The notes under the pieces were generated by a model. The model saw only the letters and a list, made by a program, of their open reading frames with translations. It made no database searches and had not been told where the DNA came from. Position numbers and translations under genes: made by a program. A DNA stretch of 49,424 nt, counting the filler, from Bipalium vagum (lineage: Eukaryota), in assembly GCA_037834085.1 (NCBI GenBank). It is 2 parts of 2 records of this genome, joined end to end, with 100 filler letters (N's around TTAATTAATTAA, not from the genome) between each part and the next. Parts side by side here need not be neighbours in the genome. Positions count along the whole stretch, not along the records: positions 1 to 30,098 come from JBBMKC010006430.1; positions 30,199 to 49,424 come from JBBMKC010007075.1. One strand, given 5' to 3'. This document shows, piece by piece, positions 24,239 to 35,476 of the stretch (position 1 is its first letter; every line of letters starts with the position of its first letter).

Positions 24239-25000
24239 CGAGGGTCAGTCAAAAAGTAATCATAAAACACATTTATTTTATTTAAAATTTAATTCACATT
24301 TAAGAGTTAATATCACTTTTCAACATAGTCCCCTCCACGTCCAATGCACATACACCACCGCTAAATTAGAGCCTGGAATCTATGAGAGAAGAAATCTTTT
24401 GGCTGACTACGAATCTACTGATGCACTGATTTTTTGTGTTCTACGTCTGAATGAAACTTTCTTCCTCCTAGTGCTTCTTTGAGAGGTTCAAATAGATGGA
24501 AATCACAAGGGGCCATGTCGGGAAAATAAGCAGAATGTGTCAAACATTCAATTTCAATTTAATTTTTTTAGTTCTTTAATTTCATTCACTGTAGCACGGA
24601 TAGTATGTGGTGGAAAATAGGACACCAGGACCAAGCAGTCGACGTCGAATTTTACGGATAGCAGATTTTAGAACATTTTAAATTAGATCAAAATACGATT
24701 CACTTGTTAGTGTAGATCATTTTGATATGTAATGCTCATGAATTGGGCCTTTGTTATCCCAAAAGAGTGTAAGCATCAGTTTATCAACTGATGGTGTAAC
24801 ACGAAAATTCTTCGACAGTGAAGAAAAAGAATGTTTCCACTTTTTGCTTGCCCTTTTGACTCGATTTGGAAATAATGAACTAAACATTCATCGCCAGTAA
24901 CGATGCTATCAAGGAAATCCATGCCCATCCAGCGGACTTTCATCTTGTGAGTAAGCTCTCTTGGAACTCACCTAGCAGACAGTTTTCTATATTTCCGTAG
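24239..25000 (-). mobile_element. Decayed mariner (DD34D), 3' TIR present
   Basis: TA-CGAGGGTCAGTCAAAAAGTAA terminus. Minus-strand IVTGDECLVHY, KLMLTLFWDNKGP and AYFPDMAPCDFHLFEPLKEALGGRKF. Confidence 0.88.
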
Positions 25001-25339
25001 TTCACTACTCTAATTCTAAAAAGAAAAAAGTTTTCGAAAAAAAGAACCAAAAATAATTATTTGATCTCAGGGTCAGAGTCATAATATTTATTTATAAAAA
25101 GACATTATTAAAGGTTTGCAGATTATTTAACACTTAGTAACATAAAATTATTGGTGTTCAGAATAATGTAATTTTCATATCGATTATTTATTCAATTAAA
25201 TTTAATTTATGTGACTTAATGTGCTCAATAAGTAAAACCACGATCGTTGTAATTTAATAAAATTTATAGTTAGATCTTCTTTCATATTATTTAATAAAAC
25301 GTATTCGATTTTAAAAAGTACTTATTCAAACAAAAGTAT

Positions 25340-26690
25340 TATATAAACTCTAACTCCCTTCTTGCTGAAGACTGTTGCTACTTCTTTCAATTCTTCTTGT
25401 TTAAGTGCTGTTTGGACCCTTCAATTAGATTTAATGTGAAGATATTAATTTTGTAATCTGGCAAGGTCCCTCATACTGGAAATCTGTCTTTCGATTCTGA
25501 GGTTGACTAATACTTTATAAAACTCTCCAGTCTTATTCATGTAGGCCACCTCAATTAGGACTTGTACCATTAAATGTGAAATTCTTTTAAGAATCAAAAT
25601 GTCTTTAGTGCGGGTCTGATCTATTTTAAGTTTTGCACAGATAATAAAAGTTTTCAAGTTGTATTGATCGAGCTCCACATTGACGGCAGAAATATAGATT
25701 CTTTAGATAATGGAATATTTTCTTAGTTCCAAAATGACACAATTCTGTTTGAACGTCTTTCATAAATTCGTCGACAAATCCTTTTGGAACTGTAATAAAA
25801 TCCCATTCATTTTTTCTTAACACTAGTAACTTGTCCATCACATATAGGTTATTTCTTCATTGATAAATTTACTATTTTGAACTTTTTCCTGTAGATTCCT
25901 CCTTCTATCCGCGAATCATAGTATCATATCCGCAGTAGAAATATGGACCATCTGTTTTGACCGAATTCTTATCAACTTTCCATTTACAATATGAGATACA
26001 TTAATGTACCTAGTTTTCGGTTTCTCTACCTTAGCTCCCTCATATCTAATTTGATATTGCACACACAAAGTATATCCAATTCTGGACATTCCATCAGAAT
26101 TAGTATATTCCTCCCCTTTCCTATATATCAAATCAAAATCGAATTTAGATAAATTCTCTAACCATGTCTGAAATTGTGGGTTGATTGGATTTTTCGTCGT
26201 GTTCTTGCGATGAAGTGTTCGCCATACAAATATTGATTAAAATGCATGGCAAAATTCGTTTAATACCAGTAATTATTTTCTCATTAAACAATAGTCAAGC
26301 TCGTGTGATGAGAAGTGTCTTGAACCACGTTTGATATCTGCGTCTCTCCCCTCTTCAGTGATTTGACTCAAAACAGCACCAATCACACTAAAACTAGCGT
26401 CCGTGTCCCAAACAAATTCATTATCCTTCCTCGACAAATCAAAAATTGGAGCCTGGCATAATTTATCCTTCAATTCCTGAAAACTCTTCCTATATTGATC
26501 TGTTCATTTTAGTTTTTCTCTTCACCAGAAAGTGGCACACAGTAAGAACGCAATATCCGCATTTTTCGATTAAACGTCTATAATAATAATTTGTTAACCC
26601 TAGAAAAGATCTCAATTAAGGAACACAGCCCGGAGTTTCCATATTCATTATCTCTTCAATATATTTTTGTTGGTTTTTTGATTCGTCTAC
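25340..26690 (-). pseudogene. Ty3/gypsy pol remnant (RT end, RNase H, integrase zinc finger)
   Basis: LRSFLGLTNYY, DTDASFSVIGAVLSQ, YRKGEEYTNSDGMSR, HFGTKK followed by C..CAK. Fragmented. Confidence 0.87.
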
Positions 26691-27398
26691 CTTAACCGTG
26701 TGACGGCTGTCTGAACAAAACATACCATAGTGATAATCTTTTTTCATTATTCTTGGGCTATGAGAATCATATCTCTAGATTAACTATAAGAGATATTCTT
26801 TTTAAATATCAGAAATCTAAGCTTAGCAATACTTTCAGTTTTCTCTAATCTTTGGACAAAGAATTAAAAATACTCTGATTTTATTATTTAAAATGAAATT
26901 AACTGTCATTCATTCTTGGAAATTTTACAAATTGTTTGAAGAAATATTTTCATAAATTTTATTAGATAAATATTGGCTAAAAATGTAATAAATGAAATAA
27001 TTCAATTTAAAATATAAAAGAGATAAATAAAATAATAAAATATAATAATATTAAATGTTATTTAATTATATTAACATCCTTTATTTTTAGTAGTCACAGT
27101 AGCTTCTTTAAAACTTGTTGTTTTCTCCCTATATTGTTAATACTTTTTGTATTTTGAATTTTTAAAATATCTTCAAAACAGAAAAATAGGCAACGGCAGA
27201 ATAATCAATAATTATTTTTCATTCTCTTATTTTCGTTAAAATAAACCTATTGTTTTAATAATACACTTCATTTTAAATTATCAACATATAAATTATGCAA
27301 TTTTAATTTCATAATTTATTACAAAATCGAATTAAAATGAGTACAGTGGTTTTGCACAACGAATTTATCAATTTTTATCTTTGAAATATTGAAACAGA

Positions 27399-27708
27399 AT
27401 GGGCCGAAAGAAAATACAGATTAAACGAATAGAGGATGAACGCAATAGACAGGTCATTTAATCAGTTGAAAAAGTGAAATAATTAAGACGAAAACTGTTT
27501 CTAGGTAACGTTTAATAAGAGAAAAATGGGTTTAATGAAAAAAGCTTATGAATTGAGTGTTCTTTGCGATTGTGAAATAGCACTGATTATCTTTAACAGC
27601 TCTCAAAAGCTTTTTCAGTATGCCAGTTCAGACATGGACCAAGTCTTGTTGAGATACACCGAATGCAATGAGCCTTTCGAATCGAAAACCAATCAAGATA
27701 TTATTGAA
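27399..27708 (+). CDS. mef2: MEF2 MADS-box transcription factor, first two coding exons (27399-27452, 27505-27708); remainder not found before the contig break
   Basis: [18 protein letters not shown]|[56 protein letters not shown]|gtaagt. 52-nt GT-AG intron; both intron positions are typical of MEF2 genes. Confidence 0.97.
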
Positions 27709-30006
27709 GTAAGTTAATGATTGTTCATTGATTTATTAACTATTGATTTTTTAACGATATATTTTTACATTATGGTATTATATTGATTAAAGATAATAGG
27801 AAAAAGAGACTACATTCCCTTTCGCAGCAAAGGAATAATTCTCTAACCACTTCTCTAATAACCCAAACCTTTATTGAACTTCTCTCTTATCATTCTCTAA
27901 ATATATAAATTGCAACCTGTAAATATCTCTGCAGTCGGTCAAAGTCCAACCTTTATTTATATCTCACTAATCTTTATTGACCTAATCATTTCATAACTTC
28001 GACTCTTTGACGATGTGTCTATAAATTTCGGAAGAACCATTTTCTGCCCGTCAGAAGGATTGGAGAATATTAGGAGCTTAAGAATTCTTAGGTCATGAAA
28101 TAATATTTTGCATTTATTTTATTTGAATCGAAAATAATTGACAGTGGAATTTTATTATAGACTATGCAAATTTAAACAAATTATTCCCCAATACTTTTAT
28201 TTTTTAATCATCCTGAGTTTCATCATTTATTAAAGACAATTACCCCTTTCTTTATTCTTATATTTTTCAAGGTCAACAGGTTTGATTTAATTAAAACAAA
28301 ATATTAATTTTGTGTATCGATTTGTTTGTTCTGACTTTTGAAGTTGGTAAAACTATTAATATCGAAATAATTTACCTCACCATGACCATGAACTGAGACA
28401 GTAACTTTGAAGGAAAAGATTGAAAATAGATTTTGTTCTTGAAATTTTCATAGATCTTTTTGAAATCGTTTTAGATTTGAAAATGTCGTTCGTTGTGTAT
28501 TGAGATACATTATAGAAAGGTATGACTTCTGCTGAGAGGATTGGTTGTTTCTGGATAAAGAACTCAATGAGAATGTTTTTTACGTGAGATCCGACGAAAA
28601 ATGCTCCATTTATGAGTTTAGTAACATTATTTTTGTTACGGAAACCGATTTAAGCTGAAACTACTTTCAAGATACCACGACTTGGCTAATCGAATCGTTA
28701 CCTTTTCTTCATAAATATTCTTGAATGCGCTGTGAGCCTGGTTTTGAATAGAAGACCCTCGAAGGGTAGAAATGTTTATAATTTCCAATATTATTAAAAT
28801 TAGAAAGCGAAACTAAATGCGCTTCCTGTGGCACCTTGTAACCGTAAATCTGTGACAGAAATATCTTCATTCGAAGTGGATGAAGTTTTCTTTTGATAAA
28901 GTCGTGATGTATCTGAAATAATAATAATTTTCCATTATATCAAAGGGGACATGATCAAGTTCATGGATTGTACTTTTCCTATGTATTTCTGAGAATAAAT
29001 CCCAAACCCCATCTTTGATAAGTAATAAATAACCACATTGTGCTTGATAATCCCATTGCTTTGCAAATGATCAGTGTTGAAATGATTCCAGCTCTTCCAA
29101 TCCTTTTCCGTAGACATGTCTAGTGGAATATTGACATTGAAGTGGTAGTAATGAGTTCAATCATTGTTCAGAGTATTGTAAGGTTTTTGGGATTTTCGAT
29201 GAACTTCATTGGCAGAATGATGGACGTAGGTGGTAATGATCAAACAGATTCTCTTTCAGAACCTCCACTTACTGTCATGAGATTATTGTCATTCAGTCAT
29301 GACGTTTTTAGTCCCCTTCCTGGACTGCTCATTTTACTCTGACGTCTTTTGCTGATGAAACTTTGCTGTCTCTTTCAGCTCAAATGAAAAGCCAGTTGCA
29401 GTATCGCTGCAGTTACTGTACACGGCCCCAGTGAGATTTGATATCATTCAATACAATTAATGTTTTTAAATTATCACCAGCTTTATTCGTTGCCCAGGCA
29501 ACGAAATCTACTCGGATAAAAGTATTAGAAAAATTATCATTTTGATCTTAATCTTAATGGAAAAATTATTTTGGTAGATGAATATTTCCCATTTCATTTT
29601 CATTGGCATTTTGCTTTGAGACGCTTTGAGACAAAGCGAAATAAATCGAAAACTGCATGACAAACGGGAATATTTGTGAACAGTTAAGCAACGGTTAAGG
29701 GTCAGCAAAACCATGCTTGGGAGGGGTTTGTCGACAAATTGAGAACGGTTGATTTGGGGAGTAAAAGTACGAATTTGTTTACGGTTTCGTAATTGCAATT
29801 GTGAAGATCTGCATTAGACATTCTTGTGCAAACTAAGAATTACTGCTGAAGTGCGTTTTGAATTCACTGTCGGGAGAGCCCATTGAACCGCCGCGACTGC
29901 TATGGATTGCCTAATTACAATAAAATTAACTAACTTCACATTTTGCGAAGTCTTCTCAATTATGAGTCCCTTTTTATTTTTTGTGCTTGCAATGGGAAAA
30001 TCAGTC

Positions 30007-30053
30007 AATAATAATAATAAGAATAATAATAATAAGAATAATAATAATAATAA

Positions 30054-30098
<45 letters not shown>
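30007..30098. repeat. (AAT)n microsatellite at the contig end
   Basis: AAT run with three AAG interruptions, running into Ns. Confidence 0.97.
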
Positions 30099-30198
30099 NN
30101 NNNNNNNNNNNNNNNNNNNNNNNNNNNNNNNNNNNNNNNNNNTTAATTAATTAANNNNNNNNNNNNNNNNNNNNNNNNNNNNNNNNNNNNNNNNNNNN
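30099..30198. other. Artificial contig-joining linker
   Basis: 44 N + TTAATTAATTAA (stops in all six frames) + 44 N = exactly 100 nt. Confidence 0.97.
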
Positions 30199-31014
30199 CT
30201 TTGCTGAGGACCTCTGAGCCTAAGAGCGAGAGGATTTTTATAATTAATAAATATAATTAATAAAATCATTTTTTGCAAATTGAATAGAATCGGTCAGAAT
30301 TGTCTCATTTATTGTAAATTGATTTGTAATTTGATATCGATTTGAATATACGTATTAAACTAAAAATCGTTTTCTCAGTGAATTTTAATTAAACGAACAC
30401 GCACAAACGCAACCTTCAACCGTTGAGACCTGATAGATATTTAGGCTCCGATCTATAACATCCTTTTATCCATCCAATATCAGGATCTTAACAATTATAT
30501 CATTTTTAGAAAATAATTAGTTGTTCTTTTTTGTTTTAATTAGGTTTGTACTTTTTAATCAATTATTTTCATTATTTAATTATTATTATTATTTTTATTA
30601 TTATTAATAGGGATGCGTCCTTGGCTGACCCAACATCATCAGTATTTAAAATTTTAATTTATCCTGTTTTAATGATTTCATTAAAGAACCGAAACTGGCA
30701 TTGGTAATATTTTAGACTCGTTTATTAATATTATGTTTTATTTTCGTTAATGTTGATTAGAATACAGAAAAAGACATAGCTGATAAAATCTTTTAAAAAT
30801 TAATTTTATTTATTATCTAAATATGCTGAAAACATAAATAATATATAATTATATAATATTTGTGTGCAAAATTCTTAATAAGCCCATATTTTTGGCACAA
30901 AGAACACGGTGCGTGTAATTACGTAAATCATTTGAAATAATTGTAAGCATTTATTGTAATCAGGGTCGGGCAAGCATAATAAAGTAAAAAAAATTTTGTA
31001 TAATGCATTTAACA

Positions 31015-31630
31015 GTGACTCTCATTTATTTTAAAAATGGAAGTATCAACAGAGGTAATCTTAGATATTGTGCGATTAAAAGAAGAGGGTTAATCAAATC
31101 GTCAAAAAGCTACCAAAATTGATGTCAGTCTGTGTGCTGATATTGGCATAAGGCAACGAATAGTTATGTTTAAAAAAATCGTTCTGGTCGACTCAGAAAA
31201 ACATTATCAACGACTGATGGTATGATTAAAAGAATTTTTATTCTTAAAGCAACAGTTAGTAGCTTCTTCCGACGATCTCGACTACCATCTCGTATGTAAA
31301 TCCACGATACGTAGACGTCTCTCAGAAGTAATGGGACTATTTGCATATCAAATATCGTCAAAAAATATTCGAGACTGTATATTATTTTGCGAGGTCCACA
31401 AAACCTGAACAGAATCACCAATGGTTATGTAAAGTGATTAATCAATGATAAGAAAATTTAATCAATAAACAGAAACAAAATCAATTTTTCAATCCACGAT
31501 ATGCCAATCTTAATGTTATGTAGTACCCGCACATAATGCTATGAGGGTTAATGTCATGAAGATCCTGCTAGACGTTAACTTTTAGAAAATGGAAACAATG
31601 AATACTGCCACATATCTAAATATATTATAG
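31015..31630 (+). mobile_element. Highly decayed Tc1-like remnant
   Basis: RSGRLRKTLSTTD, STIRRRLS and ENGNNEYCHI (MN...Y..I-like) fragments. Confidence 0.6.
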
Positions 31631-31799
31631 AAGCAAATCTACCTAACTTCTTTTTAGCAGAATCTTATTGTAAAATAAAAAAATACGAGAAACAATTTTT
31701 TTCTCATATTACTTTAAGTAATACTTTAAAATTATTTAGTAAAATTTTAAAATATTTTTTTATTAATTAAAAATAATGACAACGTTGGAATAGCACCTT

Positions 31800-32393
31800 A
31801 AGTATAAAATGCCCAATATCCAATTCATTTTTTCATCAACGGCAAAAATCTGGCAGACTTTATAAAAAAAATTGCGAACTCGATTTTATTTCAATATTGT
31901 TGACAAACCATTTACCTTTAAGGAAGTGCTGCAAAGATCGAAAAAGATAACAATCTGATTCCAAGATGTCAGGACTATAAGCTGGATGAGGCAATACTTT
32001 ATAGCCAAACTCACAGATCTTTTGTTGAGTAACTTTGGAGGTTTGCGACCTACCATTACTGTGAAGAATAGTACTACCATCATCGGTCTTCGAATATTTC
32101 AATTTATAAGTATTGTTCCAGTTCTTGACTATTTATTAGTATATTTCTTTTTAACTTTCAAGAAATAAAATTTCATTATGTATTGCATTTCTTCTCTATT
32201 TATGTCCATTTCTAAAGATGAATAAAATTTTATTAATTAATCAAAATTCTTACTTTCTAAAGATATTTGGATGCTAGGATTATAATAAATTAAAAGATGA
32301 TATATTAAAACAAAATTAATTTCAATCAAACTCCATAAAGAAAATTTTCACCGTATATTAAGAAAATCGGCTGTAACTTTTTAAACTACCCAA
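31800..32393 (-). mobile_element. Deleted mariner remnant
   Basis: ILHSNGRSQ..YKVLPHPAYSPDILESDCYLFRSLQHFLKGKWF; TIR-like TA-TTGGGTAGTTTAAAAAGTTACAGCCGATTTT at the right end. Confidence 0.85.
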
Positions 32394-33130
32394 TATTAAA
32401 ATCTTCTACGATATAAATAAATGATTGTAGATTTTTGGCTTTTTATATATTTACACCGAGTCTCGCTTTTTTATCACTCTTTCTTTACTTCTCCAATTTC
32501 AGTTTGGTTGATCTTTCCATCATCTCTCTCCATATTTGACAAGCTGTAACCTGCTCTTCACAATCTTCAAAAGCTTTCATGTGTCCACATGATAAAAGGA
32601 TCATTTGAATAATAGACAATAGTCCAGGTGCACCGATCAGGATAGATAGATTGTAAATACTAAACTATGGTATCATACTTACTTCTTAACATTAGTTATA
32701 CACTTCATGCTACTTTATTCACTTTCCATAGCAATTCTCTAATTTGATCACATAGCATTATCTTCCACAGATCTTAGGTATTTACACGAATGTTACTATT
32801 ATACCTTGAAAGTACCTTTCACTCGTATATCAACAACTCCTCACTTTAATGTCTTGCCTTCGTAATTTTATTGTCGCTGCACAAAGTTAAACTCGATTTG
32901 AATGAAAACTCCCATAATAATACTTTATCCGCAACCTAATTGAGTCAAAACAGTCAGGATAAAACTTTATTGAATAACGCAAAAACAATGAAGAAGAAGT
33001 CAGCATTTATTTTAATATACATCTTCTTTCTTCATCATTCATTGTTATTTTTTAAATTTTCATCGAGTTGTGTTTTATTGGAATCTTGTCAGTCGTCTGT
33101 TTATGTTCGTCTTTCATCGGCTCATCATTT

Positions 33131-33148
33131 CACCAGTCTTCGGCGCGA
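33131..33148 (-). promoter_or_regulatory. Primer-binding-site-like sequence adjoining the LTR 3' end
   Basis: Minus strand ...TTTCTCACA followed directly by TCGCGCCGAAGACTGG, one change from a TGGCGCC-type PBS start. Confidence 0.5.
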
Positions 33149-34277
33149 TGTGAGAAATTAACATGAAGGAAATTTACTTAATTACGCCCTTCATCGGCTG
33201 CGCAGGTTTTCGTTCCCTAATTCATCATACAAAAACCACAAACCAACTTGCATCAACAAACACTTGACCTTATCTGACTTTAGAGGTTGTATTTCCTAAT
33301 CCCCTCTCCCACATCATCCTTTCGTATATTGCGAGAAGAAACCCCTATGCTTTAACTCAAACAAACAAAACTATATCACAGAAAAATAAAATAAAGACTG
33401 AAATTAGTTCTCGGATTACACTCGTCGTAAAATCATAATCAAAATCGTCAAAGGTTTAAAATCAATAATCGAAATTGTCTCAGAATCAATACGTTCAGTT
33501 ATCTGAAAATCAAAGAAAAAAAAACAAATAATTCAAAATCAAAAATTCAAAATGAGTAAAATGAAGTTTCTATTATTCAAAAAATAAAGAAAATAAAACA
33601 AAATTAAAGATACTTTCACCAGGAGCGACAAAGGGATCCCATTTTCAGGTTGCCTGGGAATTCCCAAACGCGCTGGGTCTCCTTTTAAATCCTGTAGCAT
33701 ATTTGTTGAACTAAAAATCATTACTGATGCGGCTCCTTGGCAATGAATCCTTTTCTTAAAAGTCTTGAATATGTTTTCCACTTCCAAAGAATATAACACT
33801 ATTAGAATTCACTGTAATAATTTTCTAGGCGGCTTTCTGGGAATAGAAGTCTATTTATATAGTCGTAGAGATTAGTCTACGATCACCAATAGCCATTAAT
33901 CAAACTCTATTTCCAAGCCGAGATAGAGCCCGATTGCAACCTGCAGTCAACACTAAAAATAATCCATGAGCCTAATATATCAAAATCTCTACGGCAAGAT
34001 TTTGATATATGGCTATTCGCGAAAATATTTTTTTTAAAAAAATTTTTATTATTATTATAAATTCTAGAACCTAACATGGCTTATATTTTCGATTCATTTT
34101 CGGATTATATTATAATAACCACAAATTCTTTCTCTAACCCTTGGTTCTTGAAATATTCGCATCATCCATTTCAATTTTTTTGAAAATTAATGATTTCTAC
34201 TCATTTTCGGTATTTTCTTATTGAATATATATATATTGAATATATATATCTAATCTAATACATCGATCATTATCACA
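33149..34277 (-). repeat. Diverged LTR copy (~1.13 kb), probable 5' LTR
   Basis: TGTGA..TCTCACA termini; shared blocks GAGCGACAAAGGG..CAGGTTGCCT..CGCTGGGTC, GTCTACGATCACCAAT and GCCGAGATAG; TATAAATAG on the minus strand; adjacent PBS-like site. Confidence 0.65.
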
Positions 34278-35476
34278 GTCTATACAAGTTTTCTTACGAT
34301 TAATATTTTTCGTTGTTTAACGGTGCGCTCTAGATGTCTCAGAAAAGCTGTAATTATGTATTCAGTTTGAATTACGAAATGAGTCAAAAGAATTTTATAA
34401 CTCTTTTCAACAGCTACTAAATTTTTTATCTCCATATTGGAAGAAATTTTAGTCTTATACCAATGCAAGCATTTTTCTGTCAATTTTTTTAAACCCAATT
34501 TTTGGTTTATGCAGGTAGATCCAGGGATCGTGGAAGACCTTTTCAAAGTTGACAGTCATCTTGGAATGCGTATTCAGGACAAAACCTACTCAATGTTCTC
34601 AATCCCACGTATTTCTATTAATTTTCTGAAGTTCTATGATTTCTAACAAAGAAAGATGTCATTTGAAGGTTCATTTTTAAATGTAGTTTGGATCAATAAG
34701 TAACGTTTCCAACTTAGAATTTAACAGTTCCAGTATCCTTGCTTTTGGTTTCTAAAATACAAAAATTATTTCTTATATATTTTCATGCATTCAGCCATTA
34801 TGTTATGATTTATATTAAAATAATTTTTTTTAATTTATTGATTAATGTGTAACAAGAATCTTTGTTAATGAAGACTAATATTAGTGATGCTTTCAAAGAT
34901 AAAATTAAACTACTGTACGAAACAAAAATGTAATATACATTTTAAACACATAAGTCTTCAAGTATCTATGGTATGCAGATTGTTTAAAATAAATCCTGTT
35001 TATCAACCAAAATATTCTTTTTATTAACATAATTTTAAATTACGCACATATAATTTGTTAATTATCAAGTTTAATCTTAAATTAAATTATTCAACCTATA
35101 TATTATTGTTATTTATCAATTCTTTTAACAATAAATTAAATTCAAAATCTTTAATTTAATAAAATAAATATTTAATAATAACTATGTAATTATAAATTTT
35201 TTATAAAGTAATTTTTTAATATTTTATTTTTATTAATAATTTGTAATTAAGAACATATTTATGTATCTCTTGTTTTAATAAGTTTAATAAAGTTTATGAT
35301 CTCTAAACAACATGATTTTAAATTTTTTCAATATATATTAATGTGTATATAATAATATTGAATCTAAATTATTTGTTCACGAATTATGAATAATAACTTT
35401 AAACGGATTGCAATTTATAATTTTTAATTTTTACATATTAAAATATTCTTTAAATATTTTTAGTTGACAATTTAAA

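Noticed and set aside
30205-30235. CTGAGGA plus CCTCT/AGAGG hairpin as a hammerhead
   Set aside because: No GAAA after stem II; lies at the contig edge.
30608-30648. Minus-strand CTGATGA with TTGG/CCAA stem
   Set aside because: The downstream core reads GGAC rather than GAAAC; too degenerate.
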